Virus record (IMG/VR): IMGVR_UViG_3300027754_000063 | Location: 1-64,000 of that record | Strand: one strand, 5' to 3' | DNA: 64,000 nt | Source of the DNA: a virus | Shown: in pieces, positions 9,587 to 18,421 of the stretch | How the letters are laid out: each line of letters begins with the position of its first letter | How positions within the stretch are numbered: position 1 is the stretch's first letter | The notes under the pieces: generated by a model | Database searches by the model: none | Told to the model about the DNA's origin: nothing | The model's input: only the letters and a program-made list of their open reading frames with translations | Position numbers and translations under genes: made by a program

Positions 9587-10236
9587 AGCTCTACTCTGCA
9601 CTTTTTGCATATCCACATCATATTTTTTTTCTTAAAATAATTTACTTCTTTAATAAGTCTTTTCTTATGGATACAAGTCTCTCCTTGGCAACGGTTACAA
9701 ATACTTACTGTTTTTTCTTTATTAATTATTTTTATTTTTTTTTGTTGAAAATAAATTGCTTTTAATTCATTTGGAAAATCCGGTGGTGGCCAAAAGTTAT
9801 TTATAAATTCGTAAGTTGATATACCATCAGAATGTATAGAAGGAGGAGCTATTGAAAAGCATTTTCTACCTATTATTTCTATCTTTTCTTTTCTTTTTCC
9901 ATAAATGTTTACTTTAGTTAATTCTTTATTTGGAGTTAAAAATAAATTATGGTAAGATCTTTTACTCTTATAAATTGGTCTAGGAATATCTCCTATTATT
10001 CTATTTAAAAAACCATTGGACATTGCATCGTCTGTTTCTACGTCCACAAAACCCTGATTCCACAAAAGACCAAGTTCATATTCATCTTTACAAAAATAAT
10101 GTCTCCATCTTTTTACACCCCAGTTTATATTCCATTTTAATTCAACCGGCATTTTCGTTCCTTTGTGTATTGCAATAGGCATTAATCCTTTGGATACGTA
10201 ATCATCAAAAAATTTTAAATATATTGACATATGCAT
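9565..10236 (-). CDS. Bifunctional primase/polymerase (Prim-Pol) N-terminal domain with C-terminal Zn finger
   Basis: PI..GTKMP..W, GLL....VDVE, SKRSYHNLF, IAPPSIH; CNRC and CKKC. Confidence 0.8.
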   Translation of the reverse strand: MHMSIYLKFFDDYVSKGLMPIAIHKGTKMPVELKWNINWGVKRWRHYFCKDEYELGLLWNQGFVDVETDDAMSNGFLNRIIGDIPRPIYKSKRSYHNLFLTPNKELTKVNIYGKRKEKIEIIGRKCFSIAPPSIHSDGISTYEFINNFWPPPDFPNELKAIYFQQKKIKIINKEKTVSICNRCQGETCIHKKRLIKEVNYFKKKNMMWICKKCRVELQRCQEQ

Positions 10237-10246
10237 CCATCTCAGG

Positions 10247-10275
10247 TTGACTTGTAAACTATAAGATAATATGAT
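10247..10275 (+). promoter_or_regulatory. sigma70-like promoter
   Basis: TTGACT-17 nt-TATGAT. Confidence 0.6.
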
Positions 10276-10298
10276 ATCATAATTAATGGTGAAATAAA

Positions 10299-10469
10299 AT
10301 GCAAATCAACTTAGCAGTTAAAAACTTTTGGCTAATTAAGTCTAAGGAAAAAAATATTCTTAAAGTTTTAGATTGGTCGCATAAAAATAAAAAGCAAGCC
10401 CAGCTACTTAGCATAACAGAAATAGTTTTTGCTTTAAAGTCCTATGTGAGAGATTCATTGCATTCCTAG
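10299..10469 (+). CDS. Small hypothetical protein (56 aa)
   Basis: Manual translation MQINLAVKNFWLIK...; GGTG SD; fills the gap between promoter and epimerase. Confidence 0.5.
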   Translation: MQINLAVKNFWLIKSKEKNILKVLDWSHKNKKQAQLLSITEIVFALKSYVRDSLHS

Positions 10470-10481
10470 GATTTTCAATTC

Positions 10482-11369
10482 ATGCGTATATTAATAACAG
10501 GTTCTTCTGGATTCATAGGATCTCATTTGTGCAATCAGCTTTATGCTGATGGGCATGAAATTGTTGCTCTTGGTTCCGAAGGCGAAAACAAGCCTTTGTG
10601 CAAATTTTTCATAAAAGAACAATTGCATAAAATTAATTGGGGGGAAAAAATATTTGACGATATTGATGTTGTTTTTCATCAAAGTGCAAATAACAACACA
10701 CTAGACAACGATGAAGCAAACATGATGTCCGCAAACTACTACGAACCAATACGTATGTTTAATGAACTTAAATTAAAAAATTGTAAAAGATTTGTCTATG
10801 CAAGTTCCACCGCAGTTTACGGCAATGAGCGTGCACCATACGTAGAAAATATCACACCAATACAACCGCTTAATGTATACGGACGTAGTAAAGCCAAATT
10901 TGACGAATTTGCAATGCAATTTGCTTTAGATACTGGTTCTAATGTCGTTGGGCTTCGTTATTGTAATGTATATGGAAGCGGAGAAAATATAAAAGGCAAA
11001 AGAGCGAGTATGGTCAGCCAGATAATTAAAAAAATGAAAAATTTTGAAAGTATAAGTTTGTTTAAAGATGGAACACAACTACGTGAGTGGATTTATGTAA
11101 AGGATGTTGTTAGAGCTAATATTTTAGCCATGCAATTTGAAGGAAGAGAAATTTTTAATTGTGGTACTGGAAAGCCTTGTACTTTTAATAAGCTTGTTGA
11201 GATATTAAGCGAATTCTTATCTTTAAAAAGCTGCGAAATAAAATATGTGGACAATCCTTACTATAAGACTTATCAAAATCATGTAGAAACAGATATGAAT
11301 AAATCTGAAAAAGAACTTGGCTTCATTCCTTCTTTACCACTGCTTGCAGAGAATCTCAGTCTAGTCTAG
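10482..11369 (+). CDS. NAD-dependent epimerase/dehydratase (ADP-heptose 6-epimerase RfaD/HldD-like)
   Basis: ITGSSGFIG, YASSTAVYG, PLNVYGRSK (YxxxK), GLRYCNVYG, KGKRASMV. Confidence 0.85.
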   Translation: MRILITGSSGFIGSHLCNQLYADGHEIVALGSEGENKPLCKFFIKEQLHKINWGEKIFDDIDVVFHQSANNNTLDNDEANMMSANYYEPIRMFNELKLKNCKRFVYASSTAVYGNERAPYVENITPIQPLNVYGRSKAKFDEFAMQFALDTGSNVVGLRYCNVYGSGENIKGKRASMVSQIIKKMKNFESISLFKDGTQLREWIYVKDVVRANILAMQFEGREIFNCGTGKPCTFNKLVEILSEFLSLKSCEIKYVDNPYYKTYQNHVETDMNKSEKELGFIPSLPLLAENLSLV

Positions 11370-11378
11370 CGATTTAAT

Positions 11379-12404
11379 TTATGACTTTGGTTTTCTGCCT
11401 TGCATGATATGTCTTTTTACCGTGTGCAGAGACGCTTTTGGATCTTCCTCTCCAGATTCATTATCGGCTGTAACCTCTTCGTCACGATCCTGAGCATTTG
11501 GTCCAGTCTTTCGCTTTGGTTTATTTTGCATGGATGTTATAGAGCCTTCTTCAACAGAATTAGAAGCCAAATCATTTCCTAGTTTGCCTACCGGTGCAAA
11601 ACCAACATCTCCAGCTTGTGGCTCTGGACGCACTGCTTGTGTCAGGTTTTCAGTGTCAACAGGAGTAAATAGAGAATCTTTCTGATACTCTGTCCAACCA
11701 TCATGGAATTTTTGATCGGGGTCATGTCCGGTCATTTTGTTTACACTGTCCCACCAAGCAGCATTAGATTCTTCTTTCATCTTTTTGCTTTTTTTGTTCA
11801 TTTTGTTCATTTTTTTGAAATCTTTGCCTGTTATTTTTCCATCGCCGTCAACATCTAGCTTTTTTTGATTTCCTTTTAGCATTTTCTTTTTTGATTTTTT
11901 GCTAAATTTAAGACTCTCATCCTCATCCTCATCCTCATCCTCATCCTCATCCTCATCCTCATCCTCATCCTCATCCTCGTCCTCATCCTCATCCTCATCC
12001 TCGTCCTCGTCCTCGTCCTCGTCCTCATCCTCATGATCATGATGATGCTCGTCATCATCTTTGTCCTCTTCCTCTTCCTCCTCACCGCCATTATCTTCAT
12101 CATCTGAAAACATTTTCTTTTTGCTCATTTTGCCGCATTTCATTCCACATTTCTTGTTATCTTTTTTCTCTTTTTTCTCTTTCTCTTTTACTTCCACATC
12201 TACATCTACATCTGAATCTTTAACAATTTCTCCGTCACTATCTTTATCTTTTTTGTGTTTTTCTTTTTTCTTTGCATGTTTTGTTTCTTCAATATCGAAA
12301 CCACTTTGTAGCTGTATTCCGAGGTTAGAGTGGTTCCCTAGACCAAGATTGAAACTTGGTAGAATTGACTCGTTTAAATTTTTCCACTGTTTGTACGATA
12401 ACAT
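11379..12404 (-). CDS. Low-complexity acidic/basic protein, probable internal head protein
   Basis: CTS-like MLSYKQWKNLNE; (DE)n tract; EF-hand-like LDVDGDGKITGKDF. Confidence 0.75.
   Translation of the reverse strand: MLSYKQWKNLNESILPSFNLGLGNHSNLGIQLQSGFDIEETKHAKKKEKHKKDKDSDGEIVKDSDVDVDVEVKEKEKKEKKDNKKCGMKCGKMSKKKMFSDDEDNGGEEEEEEDKDDDEHHHDHEDEDEDEDEDEDEDEDEDEDEDEDEDEDEDEDEDEDEDESLKFSKKSKKKMLKGNQKKLDVDGDGKITGKDFKKMNKMNKKSKKMKEESNAAWWDSVNKMTGHDPDQKFHDGWTEYQKDSLFTPVDTENLTQAVRPEPQAGDVGFAPVGKLGNDLASNSVEEGSITSMQNKPKRKTGPNAQDRDEEVTADNESGEEDPKASLHTVKRHIMQGRKPKS
11916..12033 (-). repeat. Hexanucleotide tandem repeat (GAGGAT)n encoding (ED)n
   Basis: tcatcc/tcgtcc repeated about 19 times. Confidence 0.95.
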
Positions 12405-12468
12405 ATTTTCCTTCTTTTAATTTAAAGATAGCTACAGTCATTACGATTGTTAGTATATATATACCAAT

Positions 12469-13266
12469 ATGAAAATTAAAATATTTATTATTTTATTATT
12501 TTTTGCAATAATACTGCAAATAAATCAAAAAACAACTCAATTACAAGATTTTTCTGCTCTTTCTTTTCAAGAAAATCAAGAAGCAGAGATCATAATAGAT
12601 AAAATTAATAATATAAATTCTCAATTTGATAGTGTTATTTATAATAATATTTCAATAAAATTTAATTTTTTTATCTCTATTCATGCAAATGCACAGCTTT
12701 TTTTTGAAAAAACTAAAAGACTAAGAATTAAGATAGATCGTGGTATAATGGGATCTGAAATGGATATTGGATCAAATGAAAAAATATTTTGGTTTTGGTC
12801 AAAAAGGATGAAGCCACCAGTATTGTACTATTCTGAACATGAAGATTTTAAAAAATCTATGCTAAAAACACCACTGAATCCGGATTGGATAATTGAGTGT
12901 TTTGGATTTAATCAAATAGACAAGAGAAATATAAACGTTTTTAAAAAGAATGAATTACTATATGTAAAACAGGAAAGAAAAGGTTCATTAGGTGAAAAAG
13001 TATACTTTTTCACTATAATAGACCCAAAAAACTTAGTTGTAGTTGGAAGATATCTTCATGACGAAAATTATAAGATAATAGCAAGTTTTGAATCAAAATC
13101 TTTTTTTAGGGATGAAGAAACAGGATCTGTATTTGCCGATAATATCGTTATATCTTGGCCAGATGAAAACATATTCATGGAATGGTCCATAGATGGCATA
13201 CAAGTTAATAAGAAGATAGACAAAAAGACTTGGATATTGCCTTCAAAAGAGAATGTCAGGCTATGA
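12469..13266 (+). CDS. Exported protein, possible LolA/lipoprotein-sorting-like fold
   Basis: N-terminal signal/TM segment; EMDIGSNEKIFWFW motif; beta-rich. Confidence 0.55.
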   Translation: MKIKIFIILLFFAIILQINQKTTQLQDFSALSFQENQEAEIIIDKINNINSQFDSVIYNNISIKFNFFISIHANAQLFFEKTKRLRIKIDRGIMGSEMDIGSNEKIFWFWSKRMKPPVLYYSEHEDFKKSMLKTPLNPDWIIECFGFNQIDKRNINVFKKNELLYVKQERKGSLGEKVYFFTIIDPKNLVVVGRYLHDENYKIIASFESKSFFRDEETGSVFADNIVISWPDENIFMEWSIDGIQVNKKIDKKTWILPSKENVRL

Positions 13267-13353
13267 TTTTCCTTTAAAATTTATTGAAAAATTTTGTTTT
13301 GATACTGCTATATAATTTAACGGTCGAAAAAAAAGAATGGAGACATCACCAAA

Positions 13354-13539
13354 ATGAAGACTTTCATGCAATGGGCTGGTAATGAGAAAAAAGAATTGCC
13401 AATGATATCAGAAAAAACGCACAGAGGTGGTATTGCACATTGGGCTTATCCTGATGCTTATGCAAGGTCACAATACCCCGATTTATATTTTACTCCAATC
13501 GCAGCAGACGCAATACAAAAGATGGGCATTAAGAAGTAA
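13354..13539 (+). CDS. Small protein with CTS-like N-terminus
   Basis: GGAG SD; MKTFMQWAGNE. Confidence 0.7.
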   Translation: MKTFMQWAGNEKKELPMISEKTHRGGIAHWAYPDAYARSQYPDLYFTPIAADAIQKMGIKK

Positions 13540-13617
13540 TATTGACAGAATGCCATTGTTCTTGTTATCCTACGGACAGCAGTATAATGCTTTCTGCTAG
13601 TTAAAAAGGAGTTACAA

Positions 13618-13926
13618 ATGCCTCCAAGATGGTCAGATGTGTACCCACAAGGCACAAAAGAAGGCGATGAAGAACAAGGATTGTTCCTTGCCTTATCAAG
13701 AAATTTAACATATGCGTACAGATCAGTAGGTCAGCTTTCAAAAGATTCAAATTTATCTAAAGAGCGAACAGAAGAGATTTTAAATAAGTATTGGAAAAAA
13801 GGCATGACTTTCCAAAATAATGATAATAAATGGGCTTATTGGGAACGTGTTCCAGAATTGTTGCCAGTTGTATTAAAATCCATCACAAAAGAAGACCAAG
13901 AAAAAAGAACAAGTAAAAAATTATGA
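13618..13926 (+). CDS. Hypothetical protein (possible winged-helix-like)
   Basis: AAGGAG SD; 102-aa ORF. Confidence 0.65.
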   Translation: MPPRWSDVYPQGTKEGDEEQGLFLALSRNLTYAYRSVGQLSKDSNLSKERTEEILNKYWKKGMTFQNNDNKWAYWERVPELLPVVLKSITKEDQEKRTSKKL

Positions 13927-14056
13927 AATATAATTTTCATACTATATTAATCTAACGGTCAGAATGATCTGCCCGCCGCTTGTTCTAAGACTGCGTTGTT
14001 TGTAGCGTAAATTCAAGTGAATCGTTCGTTGTTTAATTCCTTAAAGAGAATGTAAA

Positions 14057-14515
14057 ATGAGAAAGAAAATTAGTAGAGCTGATAAAAAAATAAATCAAAA
14101 AAACAAGTTTATACGAGACATGTCTGGAAGTGGCGTTTTTGTGTACGAGAATAACACTGACGCAGACCTAAATCTTCCAAAGCCAACGAGCACTGGAACT
14201 AGAACAATAGGTCCAAGAAAAAGATTTCAAGGAGATAGTTACTATCTAACTTGGGTCGGAAGCCCAATGAATTTACTTCGATTTATAGAAGAAATAGTTC
14301 CAAAGGATAATCCTTTAAAAACTTTGAATGAAAGTGAGACGAACAAAATGAGTGATAATAAATTAATTTTAGACCAGCCAGAGACAGTAACAAGTCAAGG
14401 TCAAGTAGAGCATGTTGTTGTAAATGAATCCCCAGATCAAGACTCTTCAGAAAAAAAGACGGAGATTCTTTTGAATGAATCTCCTATTGAAGGTCTAGAA
14501 ATTATACTAGGTTGA
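14057..14515 (+). CDS. Hypothetical protein
   Basis: 152-aa ORF ending NESPIEGLEIILG. Confidence 0.7.
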   Translation: MRKKISRADKKINQKNKFIRDMSGSGVFVYENNTDADLNLPKPTSTGTRTIGPRKRFQGDSYYLTWVGSPMNLLRFIEEIVPKDNPLKTLNESETNKMSDNKLILDQPETVTSQGQVEHVVVNESPDQDSSEKKTEILLNESPIEGLEIILG

Positions 14516-14533
14516 ACCTAATTAGGAATAATT

Positions 14534-14809
14534 ATGATAGATGAAATTAAAGAAAAAAACTTACATTATCAAAATGAAGTGCGTGATATCGCAAAAATGA
14601 TATTTCATGCTTTTTATTTTGACGAACAAGAAAGTTTATCCTACCCACCAGAATCAAAACAATATGAAAAAGATTGTTTAGAAACACTTCTTGCAAAAGC
14701 AGAAAAAATTTATAGATTTTTTCCATCAGCGGAAGAAGCAAAAAAAAGTTTAAAATTTTTACATGAAATTAGTCCCATTAAAGGACTAGAAATAATGAAC
14801 TCAATCTAA
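14534..14809 (+). CDS. Hypothetical protein
   Basis: AGGA SD; ends HEISPIKGLEIMNSI. Confidence 0.65.
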   Translation: MIDEIKEKNLHYQNEVRDIAKMIFHAFYFDEQESLSYPPESKQYEKDCLETLLAKAEKIYRFFPSAEEAKKSLKFLHEISPIKGLEIMNSI

Positions 14810-14822
14810 AAAGGCAAGTACA

Positions 14823-15035
14823 ATGAAAAACACTCTTTCTGTTAAAATTACTCATGCAAAAAATGGTGGATTCGAGGGTACAGTAAGTATATCTGGACTA
14901 AAACCTACTAAATTATCTAGAAAAGTAGATGGAGCAACTAATTTCCCAACTAAATCTTCAATTGGTGGTGCTGCCAGAAATCTTGCCAAATCTTTAGGCT
15001 TTACTGATATTGAACTATCAGATGCAACTCATTAA
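14823..15035 (+). CDS. Small hypothetical protein
   Basis: AAGG SD; 70-aa ORF. Confidence 0.65.
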   Translation: MKNTLSVKITHAKNGGFEGTVSISGLKPTKLSRKVDGATNFPTKSSIGGAARNLAKSLGFTDIELSDATH

Positions 15036-15135
15036 TCATTCTTGATAACGGAAAATGGTTTCCATTGCATAATATAGGCTAGAAGTCTATAATGGCATTA
15101 GTTTTCCTTTCAAAATTCCAGGAATCAGGTGCTTC

Positions 15136-15912
15136 ATGCGTGGAGTAATACTAGCAGGTGGCTTAGCAAAACGTATGCTGCCTGCTTCCAAAGTAATCAA
15201 TAAACATCTTATGCCTGTTTATATGGATGCTATAGGTGCCGTTCCAATGATTTATTTCCCATTAAATACATTGATAAAATCTGGAATAAAAGAAATATTA
15301 ATTGTTACATCTGAAAAATCTGCCGGAATGATGGTTGATATGTTGGGAGATGGCAATAAGTTTGGAGAAAATGTAGATTTTACATATAAAGTTCAAAATA
15401 TGAATAATGAAAAAAGACCTGTCGGTATTGCTGGTGCATTAAAATTAGCAAGAGTATTTACTGAAAATGAAAAGTTTGCGGTTATATTAGGCGATAATTT
15501 CTTTGAGGACTCTTTTGAAAAAGAAATTAAACAATTCGAATCAGGTCGTCATGTTGGACATATATTTTTAAAGTCTGTGAACGACCCAGAAAGATTTGGT
15601 GTTGTAAACATGAACAGCAATAATGAGATTATTGATATTGAAGAAAAACCAAATAATCCTAAATCCAACTATGCTTCTACTGGAATGTATCTCTTTGATA
15701 AGGCTGTTTACAATATTGCAAACAACTTAGTTGTTTCAAATAGAAAAGAGCTTGAAATAGTTGATATTCATAACCAATTAATTGCTAGAAAAGAGTTAAG
15801 TCTATCATTTGTCAATAAATTTTGGCACGATTTAGGAACACCAAAAAGTATAAGATTTGCTGAAAAATACTTGCAACAAGTTAATTTTGAATTCGAATTT
15901 CCTGTAAACTAA
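15136..15912 (+). CDS. Glucose-1-phosphate thymidylyltransferase-like (RmlA-type) sugar nucleotidyltransferase
   Basis: GVILAGGLAKRM, NKHLMPVY, VILGDNFF, PERFGV, IEEKP, WHDLGT. Confidence 0.9.
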   Translation: MRGVILAGGLAKRMLPASKVINKHLMPVYMDAIGAVPMIYFPLNTLIKSGIKEILIVTSEKSAGMMVDMLGDGNKFGENVDFTYKVQNMNNEKRPVGIAGALKLARVFTENEKFAVILGDNFFEDSFEKEIKQFESGRHVGHIFLKSVNDPERFGVVNMNSNNEIIDIEEKPNNPKSNYASTGMYLFDKAVYNIANNLVVSNRKELEIVDIHNQLIARKELSLSFVNKFWHDLGTPKSIRFAEKYLQQVNFEFEFPVN

Positions 15913-16616
15913 CCAGTCGGTGCTACGTCTTGTCTTCTTCGTTGCTGGCGTTGCGGGCGTTGCATTTGAGTAACATTAGGCTGAGCGGCGTCAGGCTGAG
16001 CAACGGTCTGAGCAGCATTCTGAGGGACAGGTTGAGCAGCCGCCTGACCAGGAGGCACAACATTTTTTGCACCAACAACATTAGTGTCTGCAACATAAGA
16101 ACCCTGTTGAGCATGTGTTTGCAGTATATTTTTTACGTTTACAGATTGCTGCTGCAATTGTTTCATAATTCCTTGCAAATTACCAACAAGCTTTTTAGCT
16201 TCTGGATCTGTTTTAGAAGCTGATTGTACCGCAACGTTTTGATTTAATTCTTTTGATAAGGCATTTAGTGCTTCTAAGGAAGCAGCATAATGGGCTTCAG
16301 GACCTGCAACCGCTGCTCGAAATTGACCAGCAGATTGTGAGGCTTTATCTGCTATTTGACCAGCAGCAGACTTGACGCCTCCAATCATGTTCTTTCCAGC
16401 ATCTAATACAGCACTACCAAACCGTTTTACTCCATCCATAAATCCTTCTGAAACACTCTTATGCTCTTCTAATGCAATAATCATGTCGGCATTGCCTTCG
16501 TAGTATTCCAATAAAAACTTCCAAGGGTTAATGTTTTTTTCAACCATTAGTGTTGCAATTTCTTTTTTAATAGAATTTGCTGTTTTATTCTCTAAAAAGG
16601 ATTCAAATGATTTCAT
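15909..16616 (-). CDS. Ala/Gln-rich protein with CTS-like N-terminus, probable internal head protein
   Basis: Likely start MKSFESFLEN at 16616; VSE|GFMD resembles a gp21-type Glu cleavage site. Confidence 0.7.
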   Translation of the reverse strand: MKSFESFLENKTANSIKKEIATLMVEKNINPWKFLLEYYEGNADMIIALEEHKSVSEGFMDGVKRFGSAVLDAGKNMIGGVKSAAGQIADKASQSAGQFRAAVAGPEAHYAASLEALNALSKELNQNVAVQSASKTDPEAKKLVGNLQGIMKQLQQQSVNVKNILQTHAQQGSYVADTNVVGAKNVVPPGQAAAQPVPQNAAQTVAQPDAAQPNVTQMQRPQRQQRRRQDVAPTG

Positions 16617-16720
16617 GTTTTTCTTTCTAAAATGGAGTATACGTTTAGAATTATATAGCAACAACATAAAAAATTTTTTTAGTTTGAATATATATTATAA
16701 TCATTAAACAGGAGGTCAAT

Positions 16721-16948
16721 ATGTGTGGTTGCAATAAACGAGCAGGTAGAAGCACGCAAGGAATGCGGGCAGGACTGACAACAACAAACAAAACAAGTAG
16801 AACTTTAGCTGCTTTAAACAGCAATAATGTGCGGAATGCTGGAATTGCCCCGCAAAGTGCCAAGGTAATAGGGGCTCAAGCAGAGAAAAGAAGAGTTCAG
16901 GCAGCTAGAAGAAATGCTATAATAAAATCTTTAAATAGAAGTTCTTGA
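16721..16948 (+). CDS. Small basic protein (MCGCNK)
   Basis: Strong SD AGGAGGT; Arg/Lys-rich. Confidence 0.7.
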   Translation: MCGCNKRAGRSTQGMRAGLTTTNKTSRTLAALNSNNVRNAGIAPQSAKVIGAQAEKRRVQAARRNAIIKSLNRSS

Positions 16949-16965
16949 AAAACGGTAATAATAAT

Positions 16966-17442
16966 ATGAAAAATTTCAAAGAATGGAAGGATGCTGAAGA
17001 TTCATTTATTGAATCTGTAGAGGTATCTAGATATTCCATAGAAGTTAACTATAGAACCACTAGCGAAGAAGCATTAGAAGGTTTTGCGAAATTATGCTTA
17101 GGATATATAAGTGCAGCATTAAAAAAACATGGATACCACACAAAACATGTTTTTACAGAAAAGCCTCTAAGGTTAATGGTTTCTTCTAGAAATTGGGATG
17201 ATGGAGAATGGACAGGATTAGTTACATGGAACCCTGAGCATCTTTGTTTTATAATAAGCAAAGGGTTTTATAACAAAACCCGTAGTACGGTGTCAGTTAA
17301 AAAATCAATGAAATGTGTTGGCAAATCTGCATCAGAAATAACAAAAGAATTACACAATATGATGCATGCATTAAAAGAAGAACCGGATAGGCATGCAGAA
17401 AAACTAAAGCCAGTTGGTCTAAAACGAGGACCAAAAAAATAA
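16966..17442 (+). CDS. Hypothetical protein with CTS-like N-terminus
   Basis: MKNFKEWKDAE from ATG 16966. Confidence 0.7.
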   Translation: MKNFKEWKDAEDSFIESVEVSRYSIEVNYRTTSEEALEGFAKLCLGYISAALKKHGYHTKHVFTEKPLRLMVSSRNWDDGEWTGLVTWNPEHLCFIISKGFYNKTRSTVSVKKSMKCVGKSASEITKELHNMMHALKEEPDRHAEKLKPVGLKRGPKK

Positions 17443-17492
17443 ACAAGTCAACTGCTTGCTAAGTTACATTTTTTTTCTTAAAATCATGAAAA

Positions 17493-18365
17493 TTACATCA
17501 TTTTTATAGATAAAATATCACCATATCGACCTAGTAAGTCTTCTTGCCATTGCTTTTTTTCGTCCATGCCTTCTTGCAATATTTGTTGTCCATCTAACTG
17601 TACGCCACCATTCGGACCAGGTGGATTTTGAATTCTACTTCTAATTCTCCCGAGTATTATCTTAGCAAAACACAAAGCCCCCTCTTGCATACCTTGAGTT
17701 ACCTGATTGAAGTCTGGTCTTTTCTGTAAGTATCTTACAGCAACTGGATATGCTCTATAAGGTATTGGATATAATTTAATTGTATTGTATCCTGCCAACC
17801 ATTCCCAGCCACCTTGTTGCCCTGATATTCTACTATACATGTCTTCGTATTGTTTATACATAACCCAATCGCCCATCTTACCCCAAACAGGTTGCTGTGG
17901 ATTAATACCACCAGCTATAGAGCCATAAGCTCCAGCACCCATATACTCTAATGGGATAACGCCTCCAAGGTCAGAAGCAGAAAAAGCATAGTTTGATGTT
18001 TCCTTATATGAAACATGTCTTACAAAGCCTACATCTGCTGGTAAATTGTAAACGCTCTGTCCTGGAGTCGTGTAAAACGTGTAATACTGAAAGTATTCCA
18101 TTGGTGCATAATCTTCAAATATTTGCAATGCGAAATCTATAGAATTTTCTAGCTGCTGATCATCTAATTCTAAAGTTAAAACAGGTGCACCCAACATTGT
18201 TAAAACATATTCTTTAATTTGTTCTCTAACTTTTTGTCTTTGTCTTCTTGGACCAATCTTACTTAAAGGTTCGGTTGGTCCTAAATTTGTGCAGTTTTGA
18301 CCACATGAAAGCTGAGCATATTCATCTTGTGTAGGTCGTGGTATGAAAAGCAAATTATTATTCAT
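17493..18365 (-). CDS. Neck/head-completion protein, T4 gp13-like
   Basis: IKEYVLTMLGAPVLTLELDDQQLE...ALQ; LGRIRSR...PGPNGGVQLDGQQILQEG typical of gp13. Confidence 0.85.
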   Translation of the reverse strand: MNNNLLFIPRPTQDEYAQLSCGQNCTNLGPTEPLSKIGPRRQRQKVREQIKEYVLTMLGAPVLTLELDDQQLENSIDFALQIFEDYAPMEYFQYYTFYTTPGQSVYNLPADVGFVRHVSYKETSNYAFSASDLGGVIPLEYMGAGAYGSIAGGINPQQPVWGKMGDWVMYKQYEDMYSRISGQQGGWEWLAGYNTIKLYPIPYRAYPVAVRYLQKRPDFNQVTQGMQEGALCFAKIILGRIRSRIQNPPGPNGGVQLDGQQILQEGMDEKKQWQEDLLGRYGDILSIKMM

Positions 18366-18421
18366 GATGCTTATATATAGTTGAGTAAAATACAAAATTT
18401 ATGTAATAAGGGAAAAATAAC

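Noticed and set aside
11876-12420. (MR)n and Ser/Phe-rich ORFs, likewise 33686..34022
   Set aside because: Frame shadows of acidic D/E repeat tracts
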